From the NCBI GenBank assembly GCA_963514005.1, contig OY740785.1:20398001-20462000 (forward strand): a stretch of DNA of 64,000 nt, given 5' to 3'. Below, piece by piece: positions 35,151 through 48,263 of this stretch. Every line of letters begins with the position of its first letter. The stretch's first letter is position 1. The position numbers and the translations under genes were made by a program. The stretch comes from Raja brachyura. Its lineage: Eukaryota. Below the pieces are notes generated by a model. That model was not told where the DNA came from, did no database searches, and worked only from the letters and a program-made list of their open reading frames with translations.

Positions 35151-35672
35151 TAGAAGGGTCTTTGACTCTTCTGAGAATTAGAGTTTCTACCTTTCTACTT
35201 TGCCTGTGTCCTTAATTTTTGAATAGTTCTGTTAGATATGCTGGTAATCTCTTCAAGTCCTAGGAGATCGAACAGCTGCTTTTTATTCCCTTCAGGGCTT
35301 GAATCATTTTACTGACATACTTTTATATCCTCTGCGCTCTCCTTCTCCCACTCCCTCATAGAGAAGTTACAGGGCTGGTGAGATCGCAACATTCAAGGGT
35401 GTAGAATTTTCAGGTGCATAGGGCTTGGAGGGTGTGGAATTTGAGTACATCTGGGAGAACTTTTTCATGCACATGTTTCCAAGAGAGGGTTAGATTTAGT
35501 TCTTCGTGCTAAGGGAATCAAGGGATATGGGGGGAAAGCAGGAACGAGGTACTGATTCTGGATGATCAGCCATGATCATATTGAATGGCAGTGTGGACAC
35601 GAAGGGCCGAATGGCCTACTCCTGCACCTATTTTCTATGTTTCTTGTATATGGATAAGATATGGATTAGTCT

Positions 35673-36200
35673 TTCCAGGTGAGGCAGAGGTTCACCTGCA
35701 CTACCTCCAACCTCATCTATTGCATCCGCTGGTCTAGGTGTCACCTGCTCTACATCAGTGAGACCAAGTGTAGGCTTGGCGATCACTTCGCCCAACACCT
35801 CCGCTCAGTTTGCACTAACCAACCTGATCTCCTGGTGGCCCAGCACTTCAACTCCCCCTCCCCCTCCCATTCCGAATCCGACCTTTCTGTCCTGGGCCGC
35901 CTCCATGGCCAGAGTGAGTCCCACCGCAAATTGGAGGAGCAGCACGTCATATTTCGCTTGGGCACTTTACACCCTAGCGGTATGAACATTGACTTCTCCA
36001 ATTTCAGGTAGTCCTTGCTTTCTCCCTCCTTCCCCTCCCCTTCCAAGCCCCTTCCACAGCCTACTGTCTCCGCCTCTTCGTTTCTTCTTCCCCCCCCCCC
36101 CCCCCCAACTTCTACATCAGAAACCCGAAATGTCACCTATTCCTTCGCTCCATAGATGCTGCCCCACCCGCTGAGTTTCTCCGGCACTTTTGTATACCTT
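35673..36200 (+). mobile_element. Penelope-like element 3' fragment (GIY-YIG endonuclease) with terminal module
   Basis: FTCTTSNLIYCIRWSRCHLLYISETKCRLGDHFAQH...VAQHFN...RKLEEQHVIFRLGTLHPSGMN, followed by a C/T-rich tract and the terminal module. Confidence 0.88.
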
Positions 36201-38164
36201 TGTATATGGATGGTCATTCTCGAGTAGGCAAGATTCTAGACTTAATCCTGGAGAACATAACTGGGCAAATGATTGATTTGGTAATGGTGACCATAATTCT
36301 GATATTCAAGGTAATTATGAAAAGATGCAGGAACTAAAATTTGCAGATGCTGCTTTAGGCATCTAAGATAGACACACAGTGTCAGTAGGTCAGGCAGCAT
36401 CTCTGGAGAAAAAGTGTTGAAGACCAGAGATCACTGAAGGTGACAACATGGATATATGAAATGTTTAAGGTAACATTTGGGATTCTTGCCTTTTTCAATT
36501 TTGAGGAGAGGCTGGGATTGTATTCCCTGAAATGGAAGAGCTGATGACGGTGTGCCTAATAGAGGTACATGAAATGGAAGGCACACTTAAGGTAGAGAGT
36601 TGCTCCATATCTGAGATGTCTAAAGCCAGAGGGCAAAAGCTTAAGGTCGGGGAGGAGGATTTTAATGCAGAGTGAGGATGTGGAAAACAAAGTGACTACA
36701 GAATCTACATGGACTTTAGCAAAGCATTTGATAAAATACTGGATCAGAGTGATGGAGGAATTCATTTAGTTGGGCAGCATCTGTGGAAATATGAGGCAAC
36801 ATTTTGGGTCAATCTTCAGACTTATTGTAGTGGGGGGACAAAACTTGAGAATCCAGTGAGAAGAGTTCATTTCATTGAGATTGACCAGTGTTATCCTTTA
36901 AATGACGTACTAATTGATTGTCTGGATCACTGAGCAGTAAAAGCTTCCTCTGACAGCTTGTTCCAGATATGGACTACTTTCAGAGTGAATAAATTCTCTT
37001 TGTGATCCCTCTTAAATCTCTCCCCTCCCACCATAAGCCTATGTCTTCTAGCTTTAGAATCTTTCACAATGGGGAACAAAAATACAGCGTTTACTGTGTT
37101 CCTGCACCTCATGATCGTGTACACCTCAATGTCACTCTTCAGTCCCCTGTGCTCAAGTCCCAGCCTATTCAATCCAACCTAACCCACTGTTTGTGGGGGG
37201 GGGGGGGGGAAAGAAAAGAAGAACTTGCCTCACAAATCTCTTTTGAACTCTCATCCCATCGCCTCCAAACCATGCTCACCAGTATTTGACATTTCCTGTA
37301 TGGGGGTAAGACTGACCATTTGCTCTATTTATGACTCTCATAATTTTGTATACTTCTACAGGTCCCCTGTCAGGCCTAAAATCCAGAGAAAATTATCCAA
37401 ATTTGTCCAAACCTCCTTGTGAACCCCTGTGCCCCTTCCAAGGCCTTCAAGTCCTTCCTTTGTGTGGCAACCAAAAAAACATGGGTAATGGAAATTCACT
37501 CTTGCAAAGGTGACAAATTACCACCAAAACGTTTGAGGTACAGAATAAAATCCCTCGTGCAACCAAATTAAATATATTTTCAACTAATTTCTCGATGCAA
37601 GCGCAGATTATAGAAAATTGCAATTATGGACCATTTTCTGAATAACCACATAATCAATAATGTAAGGGTCACGTCCTCCAAATGAGGCCTAGCTAAAGGT
37701 TTATACGGTTGTAATGGAACTTGCTGATTTTTAAATATATACTCTAGCCCAAAGGATGAAGACTATATCAATTTCATTGCACTATCTGCATGTGTTGCTA
37801 CTTTCCAGGAGCCTTGCACCCCAAGATCACTCTGTACATCAAAGTCCAAAAGGTCCTGCCATTAACTTCCTACTCTTAAATTTTATCCCGCATAATGCAG
37901 TGCCTCATAGTTGTCTGGATGAAACTCCATCTGCCATAGCCCTGCCTAAATTTCCAATGAACCTATATCATTTGACAACATTCCTCGCTATCTCCAACTC
38001 CACAAATGTCATCCTGCTCTTGAGGGGAATTGGTCAAATAATCTTGTGTTGGGGAAATGTTCAGTGAAGGAGTGAATGTTCTCGCCTCTATCTGAGAACT
38101 CCATTTGTCTCTTGCTATCTTCATCCTCTTTTTATCTTGCCCTGTTAAAGTTTGGCCTGTCCAT

Positions 38165-38930
38165 CAAGGTGAGATGCTTCGATGACTACTGGTGGCACTG
38201 ACATTCATAATGATGAAGTGCTTTGAGAGGTTGGTTATAGCACATATCAACTTCTATTTCAACAAGAACCTGGACCGACAAAAAATTGCCTACCGCCACA
38301 ACAGGTCCATGGAGGATGCGATTTTCCTTGCTCTCCACAATCCTCTGGACCACTTGGACAATAAAAATACATACGTCTGGCTGTTGTTCATAGTCTACTA
38401 CTTCAACATCATCCTCCCCTCCGAACTGGTTGCCAAGCTCACTGAGCTTGGTCTCTGTGCATCCTCTGCAACTGGATCCTCAACTTCCTTATCAGTAGAA
38501 CACAGTTTGTATGAACTGGTAGTAACACTTCCTGCCAAATACCCATCAGCACAGGAGTATTTCAAGAGTGTATGCCCAGCCTCCTGCTCCACCTGCTCTA
38601 TACACTATGTACCTAGACACAGTTCCAACTCCGGTCTTCAAAGTTGCCAATGACACCACCATTGTTGGACAAATTGCAGATGATGACGGGCCAGAGTATA
38701 GTTGTGGTGATTGATCGAATGGTGGCAGAACAAAGATCTTGCTCTCAAGCCAAGGAACAGATCATTGATTTTTTGTAGGAGGTTGGCTGGGGAATCCACA
38801 AACCTGTCTTTATTAGAGGATTGAGGAGATTTGGCATGTTGATGGATACTCTCTTGAACATGTGTACAGTAGAGAGTATATTGACTGGTTGCATCACGGC
38901 TTGGTTCGGCAATTCAAAATGTCATCAAGA
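38165..38930 (+). mobile_element. Rex1/Babar-like LINE RT fragment, degraded
   Basis: VALTFIMMKCFERLV, AYRHNRSMEDAI..LH..LDHLDNKNTYV; downstream LRRLRRFG and CTVESIL. Confidence 0.75.
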
Positions 38931-39344
38931 AACAAGATTACAAATGATGACAATGAAATGCTCTTTGCAACTTTAAACCTAACAAATTGCTCATTTGCTA
39001 GATTTGATGAAGGAAATGTTAATTTTGGATATTTTTCCCATAGATACTGCTCATTGCTTTCACCATTTTCTGTATTTGTCTTTGATTTCGAAAATAAATG
39101 AGATTGACAGTTGCTTTCTCCATTTAGTGGACAATTATAGATGGATAATAATAAATGTTGGCATTGTTAGTGATGTCCACATCCTGTGAATGAATACATT
39201 AAAGTAAAATAAAAATCTTATGTTGTGGATACTTTGAGAGAAAAAGCAATGGAAATAACCAGATAATCTTTAAATGCTCCAAAACTGGGTAACATCCTTG
39301 AAGGTGAAACTTAACGTTTCAAACGTGTCTCTTTATTGGAATGC

Positions 39345-40622
39345 TAGTTCTAATGAGCGAGTTCGGTATTCCAAAAAAACGCAAAGAATCAAGGGATTTA
39401 TCAAAGGTCATTCAAGAATAAAAAAGGCGAGAGGGGGCGGATGCGAGTGGGAGACGGGGAGAGACTGGACTAACGGAGACATGGTGATAGGTGGGGGAGA
39501 GAGGGGGTGAAAGACGTGTGTGGGGAGACAAGAAAGATGTTTCAGTAAGACAGCCAACCACTGGTAAAGCCATGGCTCGTTGCTTCTAGGAGAGTCGAGA
39601 AAATGTCCTCAATCGAGAGAATGCAACTTCAGAACCCCTTCATCTCTACTGCGCTGGTGATTTCCGCAGGCGCAAGGAATAAATGACCTAAAGTTTACGT
39701 TGAGTGAACTGAGTGTTTTTACCTACCTCGCCGTACACCGGCGTTTTGTGAGAGTGGTTGGATCCCATCTTCAGCTCGGCCATTGTCGGTCACATTATCC
39801 GAACAGGTGGCGGGGGCTCAGGAGCTGGTGTGAGGCATCGGCGATGCTCTGGAATCCTAGTCGGCTGCCGCTGAGCAGTGGGATTGAGGAGTCAGCGCCC
39901 GACAGGTGAGAAGCCCACGGTAGCTGGTGCCTCTCCGTAAGCTGCTGGAAGAACTGACATCTCTACTCCCCGGGTCGGGGGCTGCCTCTTTCCCGCTGCT
40001 CGGCGGCGGCCTACTAGGATTCCAGAGCATTGCCGATGCCTCACATCAGCTCCTGATCCCCCACCGCCTGTCCGGATAATGTGGCCAACGTTGGCTGACC
40101 TGAAGATGGGATCCAACCGCTCTCACAAAACGCTGGTGTACGGCGAGGACATTTAGAACAGTCAGTTCACTCAACGCAAACTCTAGGTCATTTGTTCCTT
40201 GCGCCCGTGGAAATCCCCGCTCCCATCCATCCCAACCACGGCGCAAAAGTAATGTGCAGGAAGTCTGAAGGAGGGTCTTCTATCCAGAACGGGAGTGTTG
40301 GTCCAGGCCCGCAGCCAGTGCGGAGGGGAGACGCCGGCCCCAGTTCGACTCTGCCTGTCCCGACAGCGGGACAGGCGGGGTTGAGCTGGAGTAGCTGCTT
40401 CTTTTCTGCGCCGTCTGCAGACCTGTGTCGCCGCTCCTGCCGGCCCTGGCCTGTCCCCGGGCGAGACACTTGTGGTCGGACGAGGACGGCCCATCGGCGG
40501 CTGGTTAGGGACGAGACGCAGGTCTGCACCCATGCAGCCGCACAGCTGCCGAGAGTGTTTATCCAGAGCAGCTCATGACCTGTGCATGCACAGTCGGAAT
40601 ACCAAACTCGCTTATTGAGCAG
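39345..40622. mobile_element. Candidate DNA element with ~25-bp outer inverted repeats and an internal ~210-bp foldback (39659-40215)
   Basis: Outer repeats TAATGAGCGAGTTCGGTATTCC / GGAATACCAAACTCGCTTATT. Inner arms 39659-39870 and 40004-40215 are diverged reverse complements. Confidence 0.6.
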
Positions 40623-41759
40623 AGTGCAACGTGAGTTTGATAGGTTATATATTTCAGCACTGGGAAGATCATTTGGCCTATTGGTTCCGTTGGCTCCCAG
40701 CAGAACAGTGCCATCAGTCCCTTTTCCACTAATTTCCTCATAGTTCTGCAATTTGTGCCGTCTTTAATACTCATTAACTTTTGATTAATTTGCCATTTAA
40801 TGTACAATAGCGTATTAATCTACCAGCACATCTGGGATGTGGGAGGAAATTGAAAACCCACATATTCACTGGAAGAATGTGGAAACTCTACATATTTGTC
40901 AGGCAGCAGCATTAAATGAATATATACATATTTTGAACCTGAGACCCAGAAAATGCTAGATAAAACAGGCAAATCTAGCAGCATCTCCGGAAAGAGGAAA
41001 ATGATCATAGTTTTGGGTCTGCATCCTTTTATCAGAACAAGAAAGAGATGCAAATCACAAAGGCAGTGGCAGAAGGACTCAGTGTATTGTTACAGTCAGA
41101 ATTTGTTTAGATGGCCTTAGAAAAAATGATCAAATGGGATAATAAAAATATGGCAATAAGTAGGACATCGGGGGTGGCAGGTGTGGAGAGTTGAAATAGG
41201 AGGATAAAGGGGCAGAAAGATCACAAGGAATTCAAGAACTGTTCGGGCTTGCAATGTTTGAAGTGAAATAATATATTTTAAAACGTTGAATGTGATAAAG
41301 CTTAAAGTAGAATTGTGCACCAGGATAGATTTGAAATGGCGATTGCTCTTGCAGAGAGCTCAAGAGCATGGCATGACGTGGGTCTTGGATTGCGATAAGA
41401 ACAGTGATGTGAAACAATAGATAGTTTGAACATATAGGTTATGATTTGTGGCATTGAGCTTTCCATGTCTGCTTTAGATTTTAAGTTGAAATCCACATGG
41501 GATTAGGTTTAGGTCAGATAATATGAATGCAATTGAGCCAAATACAAAATATAGAGTGAAGAGAAAGATGCCAAAGTTCAGAATATAGTTCTGTGTTGTA
41601 GCATAACAATTTCAGATAAAAGGTCCAATGTCTGCTTTGAGGTAGCGTGGAGAATTGAGACTATATCCTAGTTTATGAAAGGATCGTTCAAACGCCCGTC
41701 AACAGAGGAAGCAACGGTTCCTGTGTCAGGTGGTACACGTTTTCAAGCATATGTATAGA

Positions 41760-42545
41760 GACACGTGTCATGGAAACGGGCCCTTCTGCCTAACTTGTCC
41801 ATGCCAACAAAGATGCCCCATCTACACTAGCCTCATCTGCCTGTGTTTGGCTCGTGTCCCTTTATTTAAACTTTTCATATCCATGTACCAGTTCAGGTTG
41901 TATTAAGTGATATTGTGCCAGCATCAGCTACCACCTCTGGCAGCTCGTTCTGTATACCCAAAAAACCTGCCCCTCGTGTTCCTGTTAAATATTTTCCCTC
42001 GTCTTAAACAGATGTGCTCTGTTTCTCCAACTCTGAGTAAAAGATGCTATGCAGTCACACTACCCCTTCCCCTCATTACTTTGTACATCTCTTTCATATC
42101 ACCCCTCTGCTACCTGTGCTCCAATTAATATAGTCCTAACCTACCCAACCTCTCCCAATATTTAGCTCAGCCTTTTAGAGTCCTCCTCAAATTTCTTCTG
42201 CACTGTTTCCAGCTTGATGACATCCTTCCTATAACGGTGACTAAAACTGAGCACACTACTCCAAATGCAGCCTCACCAACATGTTGTACAAATGTATCAT
42301 AACACTCCAACTTCTATGCTCAATACCATAACTACTGAAGGCCAATTACCGAAATCCGCCTTCACCACTCTATTTACATATGACGCCATGTTCAGGGAAC
42401 TATGTACCTGATACATCTGAAAATACCTCTGCTCGACCATACTCCACAGGGCCCTGCCATTCACTGAAGATCCTGCCCTGGTTTGACTTCCCAAAATGCA
42501 ACACTTCACATTAATCTGCATTAAGTGCCATTAGTCATTCCTCAG
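41760..42545 (-). mobile_element. Old CR1 3' fragment
   Basis: Degenerate VKCCILG, LVRLHLE motifs and CR1 tail on the minus strand. Confidence 0.65.
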
Positions 42546-43569
42546 CCCACTTGTTCTGCTGTAGTTTTTGATGGGAGCAGGGTGAAGAATAATGACCAGG
42601 GTGGCAAAGGTCTTTGATTGTTATCGGCGTCCCCAAGGCAGAGTGAACTGCAGATGGAGTTGATGGTTGAGAGTCTGGCCTGTGTGATGAACTGGGCTGG
42701 ATCCACAACTGCAGTTTCTTGTGATCTTGAGCAGAGGAGTTTGCAACCCAACAGTATGCTTTCTACTGTGCATACACAGAGGTTTGTAACAGTTATTAGA
42801 AATCTGTTCAATTTCCTTGCTCTCCTGAGGAAGTAGAGGCATTGGTGTCTTGGCTTTTGCTGGATATGGAGTCAGTGTTTAGACCCAGCTGGAATGAATG
42901 AAACGCCAATGCAGTCCACCCCTGGATGATGCCTGACTTTGAAGCAAATTTGTAGGTGATAGTGTTCCTGTGTCAACCAATTGTATTTGATATGGATATT
43001 CAGCTGGTTGTATTCTATTGAGCTGCTCTCCAGTTTCATTGACTATATTGGTGATGTTTGGGTAGCAGCAATTTTATTTGCTATTTAACAACCCATCCGA
43101 GCATGTTTCAGTCGATCTACGTACTGACATGGGGTGTTTCACGAGTGCAAATGGAAAGAGAATTGAAAGTTGCACAGCCATCAATAAGCATTCCTAATTC
43201 AAATCATGAGAGGGGAGATCCTTGTAAAGCAGCTGAAAATTGTTCTGCATGTGACATATCGGAGTTGTACAGCTAGGATGATTTAATCTACAGCACCGCA
43301 GGCATTCTGTGTGTGGAAGAGTAATTCCAGCGCGTGGCTCAATTTGACCTTGTTTGTTGAACAACTTTCCATTGATTCTTTGATGCTATACACCACTAAA
43401 TGTCTCTTGATGTCGAAGGCAGTTACTTTCAACTGACCCAATTGCTTTCCTCTTGATAGCAAAATTTGGTGTCTATTTAGATCCACAAATGTCTATAAAT
43501 TGCTTGATTTTTAATGTCCTTATCAATTCACTGTTCATTTTCATGGAGGGGGAGAATTCCTGGTCGAGG

Positions 43570-44197
43570 ATGTGTCTAGACCTCCAAGCCACATGGCCTA
43601 CCATCTGGATTGGTGCGGCCTTTCCTGCCGGAGACCGGCCAGAGCTTCAGCTTCAACAGCGGCGCAGCACTGAAGTACCATCGCGGAGCGGACGATTCCA
43701 TACTGGGGTCGCCGTGTTGGAGCTCCGGAGTGCTGGGACTGCTGACTTTGACACCGTGGAGCTGTCGTCTGCGGAGTTTCCAGCAGCGGGCGGTGCTGAC
43801 TTTGACATAGCAGAGCCTGGGATCCTTGCCGGGGTCGCCAGCCTTGAATCTCCGCCCAGCTCGGCCTGTGGACTTCAGGAGCCGCGGCCGATTCGGAACT
43901 CCAAGCCGCTGAGAGTGTTCTTCCGACGCCGGAGTTCCATCATCCGGCGAGAGGGCCTGAACATCGGGCCGCATTTGCAGCGACTGTGGAGGCCTCAATA
44001 GGCTCCGACCACAGGTGAACATAGAGGCAGATGACTGAACTTTTATTGCCTTCCATCACAGTGGGAAACGTTGATTCCGTTGTGTGGGAATGTTCATGTT
44101 AAATTCTATCGTGTTGTGTTCTTTTTATTTGTATGGCTGTGTGGCAACCCAAATCTCGCTGTACCAATTGGTACAGTGACAATAAATGTAAACTTGA
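43570..44197 (+). mobile_element. GC-rich non-autonomous retroposon copy
   Basis: GCCTTCCATCACAGTG core and TGACAATAAA tail shared with the 26195 and 60085 copies. Confidence 0.6.
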
Positions 44198-46140
44198 AAT
44201 TTATTATTTTGATAAGTTTGTATCCTAAACACTTCTCTGTTGACAAGGCTATTCTTGACAGTCATGCCACAAAAGCAGATAAATTGTCCATGGCTTTGGC
44301 TTGTCCCCAAGAATGGACCTGCAGATTCAAAAGCACCCAGTCATTTTAAAATAAACTTTCTTCTTGTGGAATGCAAATTTTAGTTACATTTTATAAGCTT
44401 GATTCGTTGTAGTTTCACTGGATATTTTAAGTGTACTCTTGATTGTAGATTTAGCTGCAAGACTTGTTTTGTGATCCCATGAAATTCTTAAAGTGTTTTG
44501 TCAAAGTAGTGGCTGGAAATGTTCCCATTTGTACAGGGAGTTACTGTCTCAGGCTAAGTTATTAATTTATACAAAGGCAATTCACTATCTTTTATCTTGA
44601 GCACTGGTTACCTTTGGGACAAAGGAAGATACTGGGTGGTAGACACAAAATGCTGGAGTGACACAAGCAGCATCTCTGGAGAGAAGGTGTTGGGGAAGTG
44701 GGAGGGACAAAGATAGAATGTAGTCAGAGACAGTAAGACTGGTGGGAGGACTGGGAAAGGGAAGGGGATAGAGTGGGAAAGCAAGGGCTATTTGAAGTTA
44801 AGAAGTCAATGTTCATACAGCTGGGGTGTAAACTACCCAAGCAAAATATCAGATGCTGTTCCTTCAATTCGTGCTGGGCCTCGCTCTAACAATGGAGGAG
44901 GCCCAGGACAGAATGGTCAGAATGGGAGGGGGAGTTACTGGGAGGTGGGCTCTTAAGTATCAATCACAGTTGTCCAGAAAAGACAACTCTAGGTTGTTTG
45001 GGGGGGAATTTGTGGATAAGCATTCTCTTGTTTTTAGTTACATTACCATGTAATAAAATGTATTCCTGCTATTCATAGGAGTATTCTAATCTGACAGGCT
45101 GGGAATTATTCATGCTATACTCGCCAGGAATATTACATAGCGAGTTCTCCTTTGATAAGATATTTTCCATGTTCTAATCCTTTTTGAGCTGAACTTTGTC
45201 TTTTGGCTATGCTCCACACACACTGGTCCAAAAAAATCCACGTGAAAAGATATTTGACAGTCCACACTTATACCTAATGGAAACATTAACAGTTATGTAC
45301 TTTTCAAATTACCTATATGTGTAAGTTTCAAATGCTGGCCCATAGTTTGCTATTGTAAAGGCGTTGCAGATTTTTTTGCAGGCAGTCCCAGTTTATAGAG
45401 AAATATGTGAAACAGACCCCGAGGATGTACTCTGTTTCTATTCTTGAATAGTACTTACATTTTAGCCCATTGCCTGCAGATTTCATGCAAATAAACACAA
45501 TCGAATGGTAAAAGTTTTAATTTCTGACTTTCAGGCAAATATTTAAAAAAAATCTCTGACGCGAAGTTAGTCGCACCTGAATGTCATTTGAAAGAAGGAG
45601 CAAGGTTACTGCCTACAAAAGTTTGATAATGCAATGATTGTCCTGTGTTTCTTTCAGGGTGGGGAGGGGCAAACTGTTCTCTTAAACTGCACTGTGAAAA
45701 GACAGTGAATCATGATTAGCTTCACAATACCCTGGTTCTCTTTCTTTTTCATTGATCAATTCAACTAGAAGTGGGAATGCATTGCTTGAACCAGTTTCAG
45801 TTCATTTCAAGTGATCTAGTTTTCTCTTGAATGCTGATAATTGGTTGCACAGATTAAAACATATGCTTTTACCTGCAGAGATTTTTGAAGTCAGTTTATC
45901 AAAAAATATTTGCTTATGATATTCAGGAGGCCATTTAGGTCCTCAGTTTGCCAGTTGATTGCAATCTTCTTTACCCTCCTGATTTTCTGTGCAACCTATC
46001 CTGTTCATATTCACACCAACACCCCTTCATTAACTCCCTTCTCCCCCACCTCTCCAGATTCTGCCATTCACATGGGATTATTTACAGAGGCCAGTTAACT
46101 TTCCAATTTTTAGGGCTTTAAGATGTAGGAAGAATTTGGA

Positions 46141-46453
46141 GCAGACACAAAATGCTGGAATAACTCAGCGGGACAAGCAGCATCTCTGGAGAGAAGGAAT
46201 GGGTGACGTTTCGGATCGAAACCTTTCTTCAAACTCCAAGATTCGCAACTTGTCGAACATTTATTAAAAATATAACTATATTTTATACAATTTTACAAAT
46301 TGGTTGTACTTTAATTTTCAAACTGAAGAAGGGTCTCAACCCAAAACGTCACCCATTCCTTCTCTCCAGAGATGCTGCCTGTCCTGCTGAGTTACTCCAG
46401 CATTTTGTGTCTACCTTCGATTTAAACCAGCATCTGCAGTTCTTTCCCACACA
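46141..46453. mobile_element. Penelope-derived inverted module pair around a ~90-bp AT-rich spacer
   Basis: Arm 46143-46232 is the reverse complement of arm 46322-46412. Confidence 0.7.
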
Positions 46454-46917
46454 CTAAGAATTTGAAGCATACTGGTGAATGTGATCACAGGGACACTATG
46501 AACTGCAGTGGGCAGCACTGCAGGTTAGGATTGAAAGCATGACAGCTGTGTGGTAACTGCTCTTTTGTTGAGCCACAGTGTAGTCAGTCCCATATTCCTT
46601 GCAGAAACGATTGAAATATGTGGATATCTTGAGCTGTTTGGCCTTGGAGTCTTTGGTGTTTAGAAGAATTTTGTTGAAAATACAAGAAACTGAGAGGGAT
46701 CAATGAGATGGATGTTGAGGATGTTTTCCCTCATTCATCTATCCTGAACTGCAGGGCTTGATTTCAGAATGAAGGGCCAGCCCTTTTGTTTAGAAATCAG
46801 GGCAATATCTTCTCGGATGAGCATTTTCTACCTGAGAACTGAAGATTGTTGTTGAAGAATTGAGGCAGAGACTTAAACCACAAGCGAGTTGAAACGTCTG
46901 GAGAGAGTGCAGCTTAA

Positions 46918-47177
46918 GGGCCTGTCCCACTTGGCTATTTTTTTCGGTGACTGCCAGCATCAGTGACTGACGTATCATGTCACCGAAAAATACGCAGTGT
47001 GACGTGGCGTGATGACATATGAGGCGCGGTGTTTTTTCCAGTGTCGCACCCACTTTTTTGTCGCCAGTTGTCAGTTTGTCGCCAGTTGCAGTTACCACAC
47101 AGCTGGATTTTGAAATGTTCAAAATCTTTTGGCGACACTGATACGACGCCGGCAAAATCGCAAGGTGGGACAGGCCC
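46918..47177. mobile_element. Harbinger-like (or Kolobok-like) MITE
   Basis: TIR GGGCCTGTCCCAC / GTGGGACAGGCCC with TTAA on both sides. Confidence 0.8.
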
Positions 47178-47595
47178 TTAAGTGTAAGTCTAAGATTGGG
47201 TCAGCAGTGACATTTTTTAGTAGTGAGGCATACATAGGGTAAAAAAGAGACAGTGCTGGTGTTTTCAGTGGGTCAGGCAACATCTCTGGAGAGCATAAGT
47301 AGGTGGCGATTTGACTTGGGACCTTCCCTTGTTCCTTGTGTCTATGCTTATTGTACAGTCTGGTCTTTTAGGATCACACAGAAACTAGCTTTCTCGGCTC
47401 GCGCTAATCCCATTTTCAAGCATTAGTCCCAAATTCCTCTATGCCTTTCCTATCCAAGTACCTGTCCAAATGTTTTAAACGTTGTAATTGTATTTGCCTT
47501 TACTAGCTCCAATTTTAATCGGGAACCAGACAACCATTTAAAAATTAAACTGCAAATTGAAAAGCAGAAGAAACTAGCTCTTGTATTTAAACAGT

Positions 47596-48263
47596 ACTAG
47601 ACCAAGTGCAGACCCGTTGGGTCTGTTCCCCCAACGTGTGGTTGCGGGGTTTCCATGCAACCTTCTTGCAGTAATTGGACACCATTGTCTCAGTAGTGCA
47701 AAGGCTTCTATTAACACTTGTGCGGAGCAGTGGTGAACTGATCCTGACGCTGGATGTACGGAATGTTTACCTTCTCCCTGTGACTGCACTAACGGTAAAA
47801 TGTTTACATATTCCGGTAGATTTTTCCCGTGCAGTCCAAAATCTACCTATCTGTATTCAAAAATACTTTGAATTTAAAATGGTTTTTACTTTAAAATCAT
47901 TCCTCAGAGCCTCTGACACACTTTGATACAAAGTTGCAAGACAGGAACACCGGCAGCAACACTGAACCTTTCAGCTCAATGGCATCTCACAGCAAGTGCA
48001 CCTGACATTTGCAACAATGTTGCCATCATTGCTCCTGGCAGGACAGGAGGGGGAGGGTCAATTGGTATTGCAATTGGGGATTGATATTTTTTTCAACTCC
48101 AGTGCTGGGGCAGGCTCACGAGCTATATGATCTTTGCTGAGGAGTGCTCGAATCTTACCTTCGGCAACGGGTTGAGTTGGAGGACCACACCTCCCGCGGG
48201 GGCTACGGGTAGGAGATGGGTCCGTTGGGGGAGCAGAACCAACGGGTCCGCACTTGGTCTAGT
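47596..48263. mobile_element. Second element with inverted hairpin-N7-CTAG ends (Helitron-3'-like at both termini)
   Basis: ACTAGACCAAGTGCAGACCCGTTGGGTCTGTTCCCCCAACG / CGTTGGGGGAGCAGAACCAACGGGTCCGCACTTGGTCTAGT. Confidence 0.7.

Noticed and set aside
43453-44022. ORFs of 148-182 aa (and similar at 60112-60786)
   Set aside because: They lie within copies of a GC-rich interspersed repeat and have no domain motifs.
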